Source of the DNA: a virus
IMG/VR virus record: IMGVR_UViG_3300014720_000019
Location: 43,116-107,115 of that record
Length of the DNA stretch: 64,000 bases
Direction: 5' to 3' (one strand)
The notes beneath the pieces are model-generated. The model worked only from the letters and a program-made list of their open reading frames with translations, did no database searches and was not told the DNA's origin. The position numbers were made by a program, and so were the translations under genes. Shown piece after piece: positions 61,664 through 64,000 of the stretch (its first letter is position 1; every line of letters begins with the position of its first letter).

Positions 61664-61940
61664 TTATATTATCAGGGGATACATCATTAAAGTAATCATC
61701 AATAATTTCAATTAATTCTTGCTGATTTAATCTTCTTCCTTTATTATCTTTATTTCCATATAGCTTATCATAGTTACATAATGTACATTTAGGATTGCCA
61801 CAATCATAAGCATCCTGCTTATTTAATACATTCTTCTTAGACAATAAACAATTATATCTACTGTTAGATAATTGTTTTAACTCTTTAAGCCTATTAGTAA
61901 TAACTCTATTATTATGATGTCTTCTCTGTGCCCTGTTCAT
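61638..61940 (-). CDS. Basic Cys-motif hypothetical protein
   Basis: MNRAQRRHH...CGNPKCTLC. Confidence 0.65.
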   Translation of the reverse strand: MNRAQRRHHNNRVITNRLKELKQLSNSRYNCLLSKKNVLNKQDAYDCGNPKCTLCNYDKLYGNKDNKGRRLNQQELIEIIDDYFNDVSPDNIIELIQHDI

Positions 61941-62617
61941 ACGCCTATTAGAAACACCTCCAACTCATCATTATTACCAAACATGTATGGATTCTTAATA
62001 CACTTATAATAGCTACTCATGTCTTCTCTATACTCTTTAAGTCTATCCTTTTCATACTTAGCTAAGACCTTTAAATAGTCCTTACTATTAACTAATACCC
62101 AACTGTTTTTAGTAGTAATAGATACCTCTAATCTATTAGCTTGTTCTATATGGTGACACCACAAAGTAGGCTTGTTATATTTAATAATAGAATATCTTTT
62201 AGCCCTCATTCTACATGTCTCATCATCAGTGCCCCTATTAATATATTTAATATCAAACTTTGACTTATCCCAGTGAGTGAGAAAGGGCTCTAATCTATAC
62301 TGAGGAAAAGCATATAAGCCTCTTAATTGAGGTGGACTATGAAATGAGTTTGGTGTAAAACCCCTATTTAAGTCTTTATATTTGTTATATAGCTCTTTAT
62401 TATTATCAACCCATTGTTGTAATAAATCATCTTGTATAGGATCTAAATCATCAGACATGTAATCATCTAGAGTTAAACATATACCAGCCTCATCCAACAA
62501 TCTTCTAATATTACTGTTAAACGTTTTAGTTGATTGTAATACCTTCTTATGAGGTTTATATTTATGACTACTAACAGGGCCAATCCTAATAAATGTTAAT
62601 GACTTTAAAGGCTGCAT
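61937..62617 (-). CDS. Hypothetical protein
   Basis: 226 aa with FHSPP..RGLYAFP and LEVF motifs. Confidence 0.65.
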   Translation of the reverse strand: MQPLKSLTFIRIGPVSSHKYKPHKKVLQSTKTFNSNIRRLLDEAGICLTLDDYMSDDLDPIQDDLLQQWVDNNKELYNKYKDLNRGFTPNSFHSPPQLRGLYAFPQYRLEPFLTHWDKSKFDIKYINRGTDDETCRMRAKRYSIIKYNKPTLWCHHIEQANRLEVSITTKNSWVLVNSKDYLKVLAKYEKDRLKEYREDMSSYYKCIKNPYMFGNNDELEVFLIGV

Positions 62618-63132
62618 AATATTTCTTTTCTTCTAGTTGTTAGTATTTCTTCTAGGAGTACTGGAGTATAATTAGTTTGTTCAACTGATACATTTATATA
62701 CCTTCTATCAGAAAGAGAGTTAGAATGTAAGTGACCTGATACATTAATCCATTCATCCTTTAAACAATCAGGATGAATAGGAATATGACTTAATATAGCT
62801 TTTAAAGCGGGAAAAACTCTTACACCTGTTATCTTTTCAAAGCCAGCCTCATAATATAACTTATTATCAAATATGTCATGATTACCAGCTATTAGACGTT
62901 TATGACCCTTTAACTCTTTTACAAGCTCTAAGTACTTTTTATTAATAACAACATCGCCTAGATGGTATACATGATCTTCTGGATTAATTATATTATTCCA
63001 ATTAGTAATAATAGTATTATTTAGCTCTTCAAGTGTATTAAAAGGTCTTAGTTTATTACCTTTATCATCTGTCCATTTAAGACTATTCTCATGACCAAAA
63101 TGAGTGTCACTAATTACATATATTTTCACCAT
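62605..63132 (-). CDS. Calcineurin-like metallophosphoesterase
   Basis: SDTHFGH, HLGD, GNHD, SH.P, GHLH, INVSVE. Confidence 0.92.
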   Translation of the reverse strand: MVKIYVISDTHFGHENSLKWTDDKGNKLRPFNTLEELNNTIITNWNNIINPEDHVYHLGDVVINKKYLELVKELKGHKRLIAGNHDIFDNKLYYEAGFEKITGVRVFPALKAILSHIPIHPDCLKDEWINVSGHLHSNSLSDRRYINVSVEQTNYTPVLLEEILTTRRKEILCSL

Positions 63133-63149
63133 TAATTTAATCCTCCATT

Positions 63150-63196
63150 AATACAACCTGTAAGGCTTATATACTACAAACCTTACAGGCTGTATT
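63150..63196 (-). promoter_or_regulatory. Intercistronic stem-loop abutting an RBS
   Basis: 16-bp arms whose single mismatch is a G-U pair on the minus-strand transcript. GGAGG follows a few nt later and there is no U tract. Confidence 0.6.
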
Positions 63197-63199
63197 ACA

Positions 63200-64000
63200 T
63201 CAAAATGTAAGATATTTAATCCTACTATTAGATAGTTGATATACAGACTCTTTAATCAGTTGTATTGTTATAGGCTCAACAGATCTAGTTTGATCATCTT
63301 CACCCTTCTTATAATAGTAATAATGACCTGTTAGATTAATAGTGTTAGGATTAACATACTCAACAATAATATCTTTATTATCAATTTCTCCTCTGAACTC
63401 AGGGCTATATTCATTGTCTATATCTAATATATCTAGAGATTGACCAAAACTGTACTTTAATTCTAAGCAAATATTAGAGTCTCTAAAGGCTACCTTACCC
63501 TTTGTTACTGCCACACTAATACTGTCATAAACAATCTTATTACCTACTAAGTCACAAACAACAAAGTCTTCAAACTCTCTAAACTCAATATTTAGAATGC
63601 CAATGATTGTATCAATCGGTTCATCTATAAACAAGTTAGTAGTTTTAATAATTTGTAGACAATTGTCTAAGGACAACACTGGAATGCAGCTAATAGCGTC
63701 TACTAGTTCATCTTTATTATGTCTTAGAGATAGTTTAGTAACAAGCTCTTTAATGTTATCTAGAGATAAGCTATCAAATGTCTTTTTAAATAAAACTCTT
63801 GATAATCTATCAACTAGAGGATTAGCATATCTATTATTAGCTTGCTCATTGCCAATTAGAATAAACAATTGTTTAGTATTAACAGAACCATCTAACCACT
63901 CTAATAAGGGAATAGTTGTATCCTCCTTTAACTTCTTCTCATACTCATCAATGAATACAACAACATCATTAAACAAATCACTGCCAATAATGTCCTTCCA
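63200..64000 (-). CDS. AAA-family ATPase, C-terminal part (starts beyond the window)
   Basis: Walker B VVVFIDEYEK, LLEWLDG, sensor LFILIGN, DRLSRV. The frame is open to the window edge. Confidence 0.75.
   Translation of the reverse strand, partial: WKDIIGSDLFNDVVVFIDEYEKKLKEDTTIPLLEWLDGSVNTKQLFILIGNEQANNRYANPLVDRLSRVLFKKTFDSLSLDNIKELVTKLSLRHNKDELVDAISCIPVLSLDNCLQIIKTTNLFIDEPIDTIIGILNIEFREFEDFVVCDLVGNKIVYDSISVAVTKGKVAFRDSNICLELKYSFGQSLDILDIDNEYSPEFRGEIDNKDIIVEYVNPNTINLTGHYYYYKKGEDDQTRSVEPITIQLIKESVYQLSNSRIKYLTF

Noticed and set aside
1-64000. Genome-wide stop codon reassignment
   Set aside because: Long ORFs are intact in code 11, and TAA, TGA and TAG all end genes at sensible, coupled positions. 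Only two local suspicious stops were found.

Overview
This is 64 kb of an AT-rich, strongly CpG-poor myovirus genome, most likely a freshwater cyanophage. Host clues are a cyanobacterial-type M23 peptidase, an Anabaena NucA-like domain and a cyanophage-type HNH. The head-to-tail gene order recalls Microcystis phage Ma-LMM01, but that is from memory and unverified. Positions 1-52650 (+) are the morphogenesis region: end of the major capsid gene, an inserted GIY-YIG endonuclease, head/neck proteins, sheath, tube plus two diverged tube copies, hub, spike, muralytic enzymes, baseplate, fibres, an FAD monooxygenase, terminase, a 3513-aa membrane protein with a NucA-like nuclease domain, and a Cas4-like nuclease. 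Positions 52721-64000 (mostly -) are an accessory/metabolic region: holin-like TM-GAF protein, barstar, WYL-like protein, WGR-PARP, thyX, dut, HNH, ClpP-like protease, DNA ligase, phosphoesterase and a partial AAA ATPase. The best candidates for new biology are the nuclease-tipped giant tape-measure/ejection protein, the PARP2/3-like enzyme with a WGR-type ligase, the hairpin-bounded tail-tube paralog cassette, the monooxygenase coupled to fibre genes, and two genes whose protein-like C-termini lie beyond an in-frame stop. No tRNA, rRNA or CRISPR array was seen. All family calls come from motif recognition, not database searches.
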